Origin: Neodothiora populina
Taxonomy: Eukaryota
Assembly (NCBI RefSeq): GCF_041146345.1
Contig: NW_027191419.1
Span: forward strand, 868,001 to 903,771
Direction of reading: 5' to 3'
DNA: 35,771 nucleotides
Below the pieces are notes generated by a model that was not told the DNA's origin, did no database searches, and worked only from the letters and a program-made list of their open reading frames with translations. Of the stretch, positions 12,134 through 23,124 are shown in pieces. Made by a program: the position numbers and the translations under genes. Numbering within the stretch: the stretch's first letter is position 1; every line of letters starts with the position of its first letter.

Positions 12134-14065
12134 ATGCAAGAACAAGACGAATCTCCTCAGTGTGGTGAGCACTCAAAACGCATCGGCTCAATATCCAGGG
12201 CGGGTGCAGCCTATCCAAGAAAGAGGGCTATCACCGCATGCCAGATCTGCCGTGCCCGCCGCACTAAATGCGATCAAAAGAAACCCTCTTGTTCCTTCTG
12301 CGAAAGAATTGGAGCGGAATGTATCTCCGATCCAGCTGCATTGTCAGCTTTCGATCCTGCCAGTATTGATATCATTGGACGTCTAGAGACCTTGGAGCAC
12401 AAGCTTGATGGCCTCCAAAAACTCGGATCTTCGAACGCATTTGTGAACGAGAGTTACGATACCACGCCGAATACCTACGCTCGATCTGAATCATACTTTG
12501 ATAAAGACCCGAAAAGGTTCATGCCGCAAAATCTTGATACTGTCACGACCTGGCCTATCTTCCGAGAACTTGGTGCCTCGTATTCGTCAAAGTCTCATCT
12601 TGGTGATAGTTCTTCAAACCTGCTATATCCTCCAGGGTCTATCTCGTCGATTACTGACGAGCTTTCTCCTGCTCTCTGCGCCCTTTGGCTGGACAACTTC
12701 TTCCACATCGTCAATGTGAAAAACCCCATACTAAAGGAGCTGGAGACCAGGCGATTGGTACGTCAGGTCTGTATGGAAGGCACAGGATGGGATGCCGAAT
12801 CGTGTCTCGCGCTGCTCGTCTGTGCCAACGGAGCTTTGGCGCAACCATTTCCTCAGCCTTCACTTTCCTCCGACGCCATAAAATCCTTGGCTGCGTATGC
12901 ATTGTTCCATGCAGCGCAGAAACGCTTTGGTCCAGTCATGATGACGGCAGGCGTCATACAGGCACAATGTTCGTACCTCACGGGTGTCTTCCTGATGTCG
13001 TGCCTGCGTCCACTTGATGCATGGCGCATGTTCCTGCAAGCGCTCGCTACTTGCCAAACCTTCAGCTTTCGCAAACCTCGCGAATTTGCGATGACAGTCA
13101 TCAATGGTAGTGTAGCAACGGCAGAGGAGACTGTATATTGGTCTTCGCGGAAATCCGAGCGAGAGCTGAGATGGGAATTAGGCTTACCAGACTTCAACAA
13201 TCCGACATTGTCGCCACCTGAGCTATTCCCGAGTTTGGCGGAAGGCTGCGAAGGGGAGAACCTTCGGGGCTGGTACTTTTACTTGTCCGAGATTTCTCTC
13301 TGGCGCCTCGAGACCGACGCGAAGATCTCGATCAGTAATATTCTACATAAGGACCAGAGTCGGATCCTTGATAGACTAGCCGAGCAGGGGCTAAACAGCC
13401 TCGAGCAAGTCGTGGCGTGGCAAGACTCGCTTGCGCCTGCGGTCAGACTCCTCGAAGATGGGCAGCCGATCGAGATTGACGATGTCCTGCGCTTCATCCT
13501 CCGGGGGCGAACAACATACGTCCATGAGCTAGTAACATGGCCTTCCCTTTACGCTGTCATAAACGAGGGCGAACAGTCACCTCTTGTTCGCAGCTGGGCT
13601 GCCAAGGGTTGTGCTTTCCATCTTGAGAGACTTGCGATCAATCGTCCGGGCTTCTATTACAGACATCATGGTACATGGCTAATGCTAAGGTCCTCAGCGC
13701 GTAGTGCCTGTATACTGTTGCTTGTAGCTCAAACTCACTCAACTCTCGACTTACTCCCAGCACGCTGGCAGGAAGCTGTAGTCGCCACTATTGATATGCT
13801 CGTGTTCTGGCGAAGGACTGTCCACGAAGCTGATGAAACAGTGACACTTTTACAACGTCTGTTGCACAACGTCTGTTGGCTAGCGCGCAAAAGATGCAAG
13901 GATGATACCATATGTAACGATAGCAAACGCATACTTGTAGTGAAATTGCGCCGCTGCGTGCGAGTCGAGACTTTACATCGTATTTGCATTACACTCACTA
14001 TACAATACAGCAGAATCGCATGCGATAGTCCCTTTAGAACACAAATGGCATTGGGGTTCAGATAG
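12134..14065 (+). CDS. Zn(II)2Cys6 binuclear-cluster transcription factor; C-terminus probably altered by a frameshift
   Basis: First ATG at 12134; CQICRARRTKCDQKKPSCSFCERIGAEC cluster preceded by RKRAITA; downstream FFHIVNVKNPIL, EETVYWS, WYFYLSEISLWRL and YRHHGTW typical of fungal regulators. No intron required. Confidence 0.9.
   Translation: MQEQDESPQCGEHSKRIGSISRAGAAYPRKRAITACQICRARRTKCDQKKPSCSFCERIGAECISDPAALSAFDPASIDIIGRLETLEHKLDGLQKLGSSNAFVNESYDTTPNTYARSESYFDKDPKRFMPQNLDTVTTWPIFRELGASYSSKSHLGDSSSNLLYPPGSISSITDELSPALCALWLDNFFHIVNVKNPILKELETRRLVRQVCMEGTGWDAESCLALLVCANGALAQPFPQPSLSSDAIKSLAAYALFHAAQKRFGPVMMTAGVIQAQCSYLTGVFLMSCLRPLDAWRMFLQALATCQTFSFRKPREFAMTVINGSVATAEETVYWSSRKSERELRWELGLPDFNNPTLSPPELFPSLAEGCEGENLRGWYFYLSEISLWRLETDAKISISNILHKDQSRILDRLAEQGLNSLEQVVAWQDSLAPAVRLLEDGQPIEIDDVLRFILRGRTTYVHELVTWPSLYAVINEGEQSPLVRSWAAKGCAFHLERLAINRPGFYYRHHGTWLMLRSSARSACILLLVAQTHSTLDLLPARWQEAVVATIDMLVFWRRTVHEADETVTLLQRLLHNVCWLARKRCKDDTICNDSKRILVVKLRRCVRVETLHRICITLTIQYSRIACDSPFRTQMALGFR
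13852..13878 (+). repeat. 14-bp-period tandem duplication ACAACGTCTGTTG-C-ACAACGTCTGTTG inside the TF coding region
   Basis: Identical 13-mers at 13852-13864 and 13866-13878. Confidence 0.9.
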
Positions 14066-14912
14066 ACACCAACCAAACCAGAGAAGATGACGGTATCAAT
14101 TGCGAGCCTCTGTGGCACAGGCAGATGTACAGGACTCTTCTGGAGTGGCGTCACGTTCAAATCAATTCGTATTGTTGACCTTAGATTATGCAGAACCTGA
14201 AATCACAGCTTGTATCATCAGATTGGAACCATGAGCTCAAAGACTATAATCTCCGCTTACAGGAGTTACAGTACTGCTTATGATCATTATTGTGCAGTTG
14301 TTGGTCTGTTGGTCTTGGGAGGCTGAAATCTCGACGCCTCGTATCCAGCCGCGCTGCAAGAAACGTGATATCTATTTTTACCGGCCTACTACCTATGGAG
14401 ACACAATAGAATGCTATCGAGCCGCCTTTGCTTCGATATAGACTTCATAGCCTAACGGGCTTGGCTGATTGGTTGAACACGAGCCTGAGCCACCTGTATG
14501 TCGACTCGCCTGTTTTTGCACGGAGCTTTAGCGTACCGGACCGATCCTAGATGCATGCGGAGTCATGTCAGCAGCGGGACATCTCTCGGAGCTGAGTCCA
14601 CTGTAGAGTAGGTACAGCTCGAGATCATAGGGTACATAAAGACATCTATGTAAAATATGTTTGGGAGCTCAGCATAGTTGAGGTAAATGAGAAATCGTTG
14701 AGCGTTATTGACATACTGCTTGCGCTTGGTCTAAAGAGTATACACCTTGCATCGGATTCACAGGCTGAGATGGTCGCCGTAGCACATCTGAAGCTCGATC
14801 GAAGATGTTTATGATCCCTACAACGATCTCTCCAGGATCTTGTCACCAAAATGGGAACATTAGCCTGCTAAACGGCAGGTGCAAAATGCCGGTCGCGTCA
14901 AGAAATAAGTTC

Positions 14913-17156
14913 TTAGAAGAAATGCGAGCAACTCAATGCAGGCGAACTACCAGCAGACGAACTGACCTCAATGAGGACTTCTTTGCCTGGCAGATGGAAT
15001 CGACCGCCTGCCCAGCGCTGAAGAGGCACTGTTGAAGCTTGGATCGCGATGGTCTCTGACTGACCGGCATCCAAATCTACTGGTCTGAAGCCCAACAAAT
15101 TTCGGAGGGGGAAAGTCTGCAAAGCCCGGTAGACCATATACTTGGGATACATATCTTCCGTGTCGGGTGCCTGTGTTGGTAACGCTAACATATACCATGA
15201 ATGAGTCTGAACCGCTTGGAGGCTGAATTGTGTCAACTTGAATGCTGTTGATGGAAAATGTGGTGTACGACAATCCGAAGCCGAGGGGGAAAGCAGCTTC
15301 GACACCGAGTCTGTCGAGTAGAGCTTGCCCGAACCAACGGTCATAGACAATCTCTGTTGCTTCCTTGTCGAGAAACGGTAGGTGGCTCTCATCTTTTGGT
15401 ATAGAGAACGGAAGCCTGCCAGAAGCGTCGATACGACGAGGAGAACGTCGGCTAAAGCATGACCACCCTCGCAGCCAGAATACTAACTCAGCAGTAACGC
15501 AGAAGTCTTGTCCTTCCAATCTTCCATGATGACCGCGCCAGCAGTAATTACCGAAACAATAGTACTTGGATTGGCGGCGGTTACACTGTCGATAATTGCC
15601 ACGTCTTCGGGTCGAAGCCTGAGCGATTCACGGTCTCCGCCGCCTCCCACTTCGAGTCCGGTGTCCGCTGCATCCTCACTGATATTGCATTGAACAATGG
15701 AGAGAGTCTTCTTGTCTTCGTTCGTCTCCGCAAGAGGGAGAAGTTCAGGGAGACAAGGGTCAAGTTTCAGAGATGGCACCACATATTCGCCCTCATCTGT
15801 TGCATCGTAACCAACAATGCAGATTACCAGATCAGCAGAGCTAGCGAGAGACCCAGCATTGGCCGCGGAGTCCGTGTCATCAAGCACAACTTCTGCATTC
15901 GGTAGCGCTGCCTTGATACCTGCATATGGCGTCACTACGTGCGGCGAGAACACCTGTGATGAACCTTTGTCTCCAGTGTTTGACCTGTTAGCCAGTCGGC
16001 CAACGACCACGACCCTCGACAGTTTAGTAACATCTAAGGGCAGCAATCCTCTTCCATTGACAGGTGTGTTCTTCAAGAGGACCACGGACCGAGCAGCGGC
16101 CTCTCTTGCCAAGGACCTGTGGGAATGGCTGAAGACGACCGTGGAATCAGGTTGGCTTGCTTCGGTGGAGATAGACGACGACAATTCCTTGAGAAGAATG
16201 TTATAACAGGCTCGATTGACATCTGACCATTGAAGATCGCCAGAACGCAATGCTTCAGTCAACGCCAAGCTACGCTGCTGAGTGAAAGGTGCCTCAATGT
16301 CCAGGCCGTTCTTCAAAGACTGCACGGAATTGCGAAGGCCAAAGATGAAATCTGACAGAACGAATCCATCAAATTTGTACTCGTTACGCAGAATTCCGGT
16401 AAGTAGTTGTTTACTTTGTCCAGCCCATTCGTTATTCACGGAATTGTAGGAGGACATGACAGATGCCACCCCTCCATCGATGACTCTCTTGAAATGAGGA
16501 AGATAAACTTCTCGAAGCACATCTTCCTCTATAGAAACATTGACTCTGAACCGAGCATTCTCCATCGAGTTAAGTGCAAAGTGCTTGACACAAGCCATGA
16601 CATGGGTTTGCACACCTTGGGTGAGTGCAAGTCCGAACTCTCCAAGTAGCAGCGGATTTTCGCTGTATGTTTCTTGTATACGGCCCCAAGCTGGGTGACG
16701 TGGCAGGTTGATGCACACACCCGCAAAGTAATTAGCACCTAGCGCCTTTGATTCCAATCCGATAGCATCTCCAATGCGACGCTCCAGTTCGACATCCCAT
16801 GTGGCGCCTCGGCTCATTGATACAGGAAAGGCTGTGGACGAGCCCATGACAACTCCTCTCGGACCATCTGTGAAGCGAATACCCGGGATCCCCAATCGCG
16901 GGATCTCGCCCATAATGAAAGGCTCCCTGTTGTAGCGATCGCACAGGATTTTGTTCAGTCCCGTGTAGAATTTTTCATCACCATCAAGAAGCGAGAGACG
17001 TTCGACCTTCGTCATCTCAGCGATAAGAGAGTGCACGGCTTGATCGATAGGCCGTCCGTGTTTGACTTGAAGTATCGCATCTTGGAAAGTGAAGGGCTCT
17101 TCGAGATCATCCGCACTCGAATCTTTGGGAACGTGGGCTGGGATGACACTGAACAT
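14913..17156 (-). pseudogene. GH3 beta-glucosidase/beta-xylosidase-like gene disrupted by one nonsense codon and two frameshifts
   Basis: GH3 motifs IPRLGIPGIRFTDGPRG, WGRIQETYSE, CVKHF, FDGFVLSD, SVVLLKN. TAG at 15483-15485 replaces Trp in S*YSGCEGGHALADVLL; 1-nt loss near 15437 before RIDASGRLPFSIP and FPLGFGLSYTTF; 1-nt gain in the homopolymer at 15107-15111 before RNLLGFRPVDLDAGQSETI (FN3-like tail). Confidence 0.88.
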
Positions 17157-17795
17157 CGTTACTTGCTTGGCCGAGCACGTTCTGAAGAATTTGGTAACAA
17201 ATAACGGAGGGCCGAACAGGGAATGATGGAGAAAGGATGACACGGAAAACTATGAGAGAGATAGCTGGGATATCAAGGTTTCAAGTAATCCATAACTCTC
17301 TTAGCCATTGATACATCGCCTGTCTATGAGCATGTGACACCGGGGAAAATCAGCTTTCATATTTTATATTTTACGAGACCCGTCAAATTGTTGGTTCAGC
17401 GTCTTGGTAGGAGACGACTCAAAACGCGGACCATGTAGATATTGGGAATTGGGACTAGAAAAATCCCGATTGTTGTATTTGGGGTGCGCCATACCATCTT
17501 GGCCTGTGATAGAGCACTCATGCTTGCTACATACGTTTTGCTATCTGTATTTCGCCATGTGTACGATTACTCTGAATACATAAAATGAAATGAATTCTAA
17601 TTATTGGAGAACAGTAATTTGATTGAACATTGAACTGATATGTAACATGGTATATCGCGATATAATCTACATATTCTTTCGCTATTGCATGCTCGTCGAG
17701 CTAATTCCAGATGATTACCCCCTTTCTTGTTCATTAGACTTCGTCATTCTATAACGATCACATCATGATCCGCCACAATGGCTTAAAATCCAAAT

Positions 17796-19268
17796 TTATG
17801 CCCATCTGCCACCACGTCTTGTGACCTTGCCGGTAGAGGCAGCAGGGTAGATAAGAGTGCGCGCGGAAGGATCACAGACTACTCCAGCCGGGTAACTGTG
17901 TGCAGGGTTGCAGAGATAGGCGCTCGAGGATGGAGCAGAAGCGGCAACAGGCTTAGAGGTGGCGGCGCAATAAGCCGGTGCAGAGGTGATGGTGACGAAC
18001 TGACCAGGGTTGTCGTTGCAAGCACTGTGCGCAGGGTTGCAGCCGATAAAGTAGGAAGTAGGGTAGGTGCTGGGCGTGACAGTGACAAAAGTGCCAGGAC
18101 CGTTGGGGCAGTTGGTATGGGCAGGGTTGCAGCCATCAAACAAAGAGGTTACGCATGCACTTGGAGTTGGCACAACGGCGACGGGAGCCGAGGTGGCGTT
18201 GAAGTAAGTGCTTGGGCAGCTTCCAGGGTGAGCTGGATTACAGCCACCGAGGATGGAGCTGGTGACAGGAACAACAGGAGCCACGGCGCCCACACCCACG
18301 CTCACAGTCTCAGTGTGGGTCACAGTGATGTAGCTGATGTAAACCGGAGGGCAAGTTCCAGTGGGCTGTGCTACGACAACAGTGTTTCCGGCGACCGAGG
18401 ACTGGCCCTGGTCAGTGACGGTTGCCTGGACAGGCTTCGTGATGGTCTGAGTGACTGGGCAAGTCAAAGTTGTGGCAGAGGTGACAGTGTATGTGTTCTT
18501 GTCTACGGTGATGGTCGTGGGTGCTGGGCAGTAAGTCGTGAAAACAGTCACTCTCTCGGAAGTAGTGTACGATTCTGCGGTAGGGATAGATGGATTGACA
18601 GGCTTGGTGATTGTCTGAGTTACAGGAACAGTCAATGTAGTTGCCTCTGTTACGACGATAGTCTTCTTGTCAACAGTGACAGTGGTAGGTGCAGGGCAGT
18701 AGATGGTCACAGTCTTCACAACCTGGCTGGTTGTATATATAGTGTTGATAGTAGGGACCGAAGTCTTGGTCAATGTGCATGGGCAGTTGGTGATGGTCAA
18801 GGTAGTGGCCTCGGTGACGGTGTAAGTTTTTCCTCCGACAGAGAGGACCGTGGGCTCAGGGCAGTACGTTGTGAAGGAGCTGACGATCTCAGTCACAGTC
18901 ACGGGGATATCAACGGGCGCTGCAGGTGTAATAGTGTTGGTGCCGTTCCCGGCAAATGGGTTTCGACCCAGACAGCCAGCGTACTCTGCAGCGCATGCGG
19001 CCATATTGGCACTGACACCGTTCGGTCGGCTGCTACGGCAGGCGTTGTACTGAGAATAGCATTGTGACTCGGTCGTGTTGAAGTTGTCATAGATGACCGG
19101 TAAAGTGGCCGGCTGGCTGGTGACACTAGTCGATGTGGCACTACTGATGACAACAGATGAACCGGTCGAAAGTAAAGATGGCTTGACTGTAGTTGCGTTG
19201 AACCCCTGTGGAGCAGCTGAACCGAGGGCAGCTCCGAGAGCGAGGGCAATGATGATGGAGGCAACCAT
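17796..19268 (-). CDS. Secreted Thr/Val/Cys-rich repeat protein (cell-wall/surface-like), 490 aa
   Basis: Signal peptide MVASIIIALALGAALGSA; Cys module QCYSQYNACR...ANMAACAAEYAGCLGRNPF; three T(T/I)YCPxPT...TxATTLT repeats (CCG-6/Sed1-like motif); four CNPAH repeats; basic C-terminus without a GPI-type hydrophobic tail. Confidence 0.88.
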   Translation of the reverse strand: MVASIIIALALGAALGSAAPQGFNATTVKPSLLSTGSSVVISSATSTSVTSQPATLPVIYDNFNTTESQCYSQYNACRSSRPNGVSANMAACAAEYAGCLGRNPFAGNGTNTITPAAPVDIPVTVTEIVSSFTTYCPEPTVLSVGGKTYTVTEATTLTITNCPCTLTKTSVPTINTIYTTSQVVKTVTIYCPAPTTVTVDKKTIVVTEATTLTVPVTQTITKPVNPSIPTAESYTTSERVTVFTTYCPAPTTITVDKNTYTVTSATTLTCPVTQTITKPVQATVTDQGQSSVAGNTVVVAQPTGTCPPVYISYITVTHTETVSVGVGAVAPVVPVTSSILGGCNPAHPGSCPSTYFNATSAPVAVVPTPSACVTSLFDGCNPAHTNCPNGPGTFVTVTPSTYPTSYFIGCNPAHSACNDNPGQFVTITSAPAYCAATSKPVAASAPSSSAYLCNPAHSYPAGVVCDPSARTLIYPAASTGKVTRRGGRWA

Positions 19269-22200
19269 CTTAGCGAGTGTGATTGGTAAAGTAAAAAGTC
19301 AGTAAGGAGAAGGGGATGTTTTATGACAGTGAAGATGCTGTAACTAAGAACATTTGTGGCGACGTGAGGCGGACCTTTATGTAAACTTGCCTGGGGATGC
19401 AGCAGTGACCCCCACTTGACTAAAGTCTACTTACCTCCAAACCATTGTGGTGTGATGAAGCTGAGTATCTATTTTGGATCGCACTTGATGGTATACGGGG
19501 AGAATACTAATGCTAGAGCGAATCCTGTTCTCGTATCCTCAGTGGAGGCATGACTACGGGAGACCTTGCTCATGCACTAAATGACGCCAGTGATAAATTG
19601 TCATTGGGGTCATCGACACGCTGTACGCCGACGTGATCGCGTTATTGCAGTGCTGCATTCTCGAAGGATTAGCCGTACCTTTCCGGTGCAGTATAAAGTT
19701 ATGGAATGCAGGTTATAGGTTCTCGCATGCGAGTGTGCAAGATGTCCCGGTACGCGTATTCTTCGGACTTGGGTCTCTAATTTAGGAACTCCATCATAGC
19801 GTACACGGATACGAGATGCGGCTGGTGAGACTTGGCTTCTGGATTCTTCCAACGCAGAATGATTTACCTCGCGTTTGCTTCGACGACACTAGGCGCCTAA
19901 AACCTCGCACGCCAGTCAGCAACCTGTGGATCACGAGATTTAGAGGATGGGTAGTTACCAATTCGCCCAAATTTTTATCTGGAGAAAGCAGACCTTCAGA
20001 AAAAGGTAGGTAGGCGGACGGTATACGGCACAAGCCCTGATTAGTTCATCTTGGCAAGCCTCCCGCACCTTGGAAGACGTCTATGAATAATCCACAGTAG
20101 CATGCAAGGCGCAGGTCGCTAGGTCATATCATGACTAGCCAAAAGAAAAAAAAGAAAGTAGCATTTGTTTGCGCATTTCAACAAATTTCCTGTTATTACA
20201 AAAAAAGTCATCAATTTAGTCATTGGCCTTCTTGCAGCGACAAATGTGATCTGGTCGGTTGCCAGAAACCAAGAACAAGCTCAGTTGGACCCCTTGGACA
20301 ACATGATCCACTGTCTCCGCGATCGAGCAGTGTGCTCACTGTGGCAACATCTACAGCTTGAGCCAAGACACCGTAATCATGCTCAAATGCGTTCTGTGCC
20401 GGCAGTCTGCGCTTTTCTAGAGCCAGATCTCTGTGTCAATGAGCTTGCTATGTGGATGGTAGTCCGTATAGCTACTAGCACTCAATGCATTTGGGTCAGA
20501 AAACCTGCTTCCACGAACCAAATACAGTAGCACCACTTCCAAGCCCAAGCAACTAATGCAGCGCGATTCTTACCTCCTTCAGGCAATGGACATCACAGTG
20601 CGATCCGCAGCAAGCACGGAGCACTGTTGGCCTGCGAGAAGAGGCTACCGAATGGCTAGTGACTGGATTAATGGCGCAGATCGATAAGTCCATCACCTTG
20701 TTCTTGACTTGGCATCGCGTGAAAGTCAGATCAAAGCTGTCATCCTCTTTTTGGCAGAATTGCGCTTTTGGACCCACATTGTGAAGGGCAGCACCACCCA
20801 TACAGGTTACCGTCGGCCCTCATTTTGCCATCCCCGTAACAATTTGTTGATCCTGATGGCATCAACCGCAGCCTAGCCGAGGCTTAATCTTACTCGTCCG
20901 CTGATTCGGATACGAGGAGGAGGATGAAATTCACACCCGGTAGACATAATACCTGACTCAATGTTTGATACCCTAACAGAACAGATTCCGAGGACGCCAT
21001 CGCCCAAGGTGGCCATCACTCGACCAAATCGTACTGATGAAATTGGGGCGAGCTCAGCTGTACTTCAAGCACGCCCGAGAAAATGGCAATAACTATTGTC
21101 TCTTCCTGTTCATATCTGGCTGGTGACGAGCTCCAGCAATATGTTGTGACAAAGTTGCTTCGAGCGAGGAGGAGATTGGGCGCGGCCGAAGCTCTTGAAT
21201 TGGCGAGGTCTCCGATCTCACTGATTGTGAGTTGACTGCTGATCATACCGGAGAAAGGTGCCTTCTCGTCCGGCATCGATTAGCTGCACCACTTAATCCA
21301 TCGTGATCTCGAGGTACGAGGTAGAAAAGACGATTGCTGTACAAGGGGACCTTTGGTAGAAGTATTAGAGAGCAGGGGTCAGCATCATTTCAATTTTCAG
21401 ACCTTTTGTGTGACGAGGTTCGCACGAGTCTGCTTATCGTAGAGGGCCGGAGTTGCGAAACAGGTCATGTGAGGAAAGCACAAGGAGGCTTAGCACACCT
21501 GACTTATCCAAGGTACAATAGGTGCCTAGTGTACTCGAGACCATATTTGTTGTCTACAGTCTGAGTTGTTGCGTCCTTGAATCAGGTCACTACCCATCAG
21601 ACTATCAAGCACCAGTATGTGGCCTGTTATGTCGAACCCCGAATGGCTGGAGTGGTTCGCGTGTAACGCGGAACATAGCAGAAGCCGCATTTAAAATTCT
21701 TGTTTTTTAATGCAACGCAAAGTTACAGATATGCCTCTCAGTCATCAATGTAGTACTCCTGGCACTACAGCTTCACCAAGGTCCAGAACCGGGGAGTGCA
21801 TACTGTGACACAGTAACATGAAATGCTACAAGTGACAATCAAGTGCTTAAAACTATATCTTACTGTACTAACCTTCAGCTAATATTTGATGTCTCTCGGT
21901 CATCGAGAACACAATGTCCTCGTATTCAACTAAAGTCTTACCACCTTAGAACACCATCATGTGACAGCCGCCACACAAGCAGTATCTGAGCCTGCCGCTC
22001 AGAAACGGCGCAATTGAGGCTCTCCCCGCATAAGGTGGTTCACCCATGGGGTCAACAGCATCGCAAGACCCCTTCCTTTACCCCGCGTTGTACTGCATGT
22101 TCGCTATTAACCAAGCTTCCGGATGTCCATGTGGAATAAGGATGATAGGCAGATCTGTCACAACAAGACTCGAAACTCCGTCTAGTCCGCAACGTGCACA

Positions 22201-22514
22201 GGACAGAGAACCGTGTTTACTCGCATTACTGGGATCAACAGCTATTGGCAAAGTTGCTCGGGTCGCGCACAATCGTCAATGCACTTCACACTCGAAGCAT
22301 CTCCATGACCCAGACTATCTATCACACGATTGCTCTGTTGTTCTTTCGACAGTCAGACATGCACCTGTTTCTCTTGCACAAATTCTATCATAGTATTCAT
22401 GACGGTGCTATTCTTCAGCTCCCAGGCTATGCGATGCTCTGACATTGTTGCTTCTGTCGCCGCCACTGATTGTTGTCTTGCAGCACACCTCGTATAGCAA
22501 ATACAATGACGAAA

Positions 22515-22958
22515 GGCTAAGGTATATCCGAGATTGTTGTCGATGCGGGTGTTCAAGAAAAGGGATGTGTCAGAAGAAGGGCTCTAGCCTGAGTGGGAGG
22601 CATGCGAAAGCAGTAGAGAGAATAGGCTAAACCCGAGATTTGAGGTAGATAAGCTTATGAAAACGTGCGGGCCGAGTATCCTTACGTGTCTCATTGGTCG
22701 TCAGGGACTTCTCAGTGAGCAGCACCGGGGCTGCTTTAGGAAAGCGTTTACCCCTTGCATATTAAAGACTCGTGTATAACGGTGTCTTTAGCCCAAGTTC
22801 TGGCTACAGATTGTGGGGTACATTTGTGTGCTAGCCGATCCCCCAGACATTGACCAATTCTTATGCTGAGTTCCCCGCATAGGACAGAGCATCGAAGACT
22901 ACTGGATCGCAAACGGCAGTACCCTGGCGGCTAAGTGTTTGAATATACACGTCCCCAG
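22515..22958 (+). promoter_or_regulatory. Cluster of XlnR-type (GGCTAR) and CreA-type (SYGGRG) motifs upstream of the sugar porter
   Basis: GGCTAA at 22515, 22625, 22929; TTAGCC at 22788; CTAGCC at 22584 and 22831. CreA-type CCGGGG 22725, GTGGGG 22813, CCCCAG 22841, CCCCGC 22873, CCCCAG 22953. Confidence 0.6.
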
Positions 22959-23124
22959 CTATGCATCAGCTTATCCGGATGTTATCCGTGTGCCGTTGGA
23001 GTTGGTGATATATCAAGTCCATGCCGATCCAAATATCCTCACTCAAACACACACTGCATAGTGCGACATCAACAACATCATCTCGACCATATTGTAATCG
23101 TTCATCAAGCTCACATCCACCAAC

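Noticed and set aside
15483..15485. Programmed stop-codon readthrough in the GH3 gene
   Set aside because: Two further frameshifts follow, so readthrough alone could not restore the protein.
17898..19067. 389-aa plus-strand ORF
   Set aside because: Antisense shadow of the repetitive secreted protein.
19600..22500. Possible decayed gene or transposon in the long intergenic stretch
   Set aside because: The frames I translated gave no recognisable domain or terminal repeats; a BLASTX search would be needed to exclude a relic.
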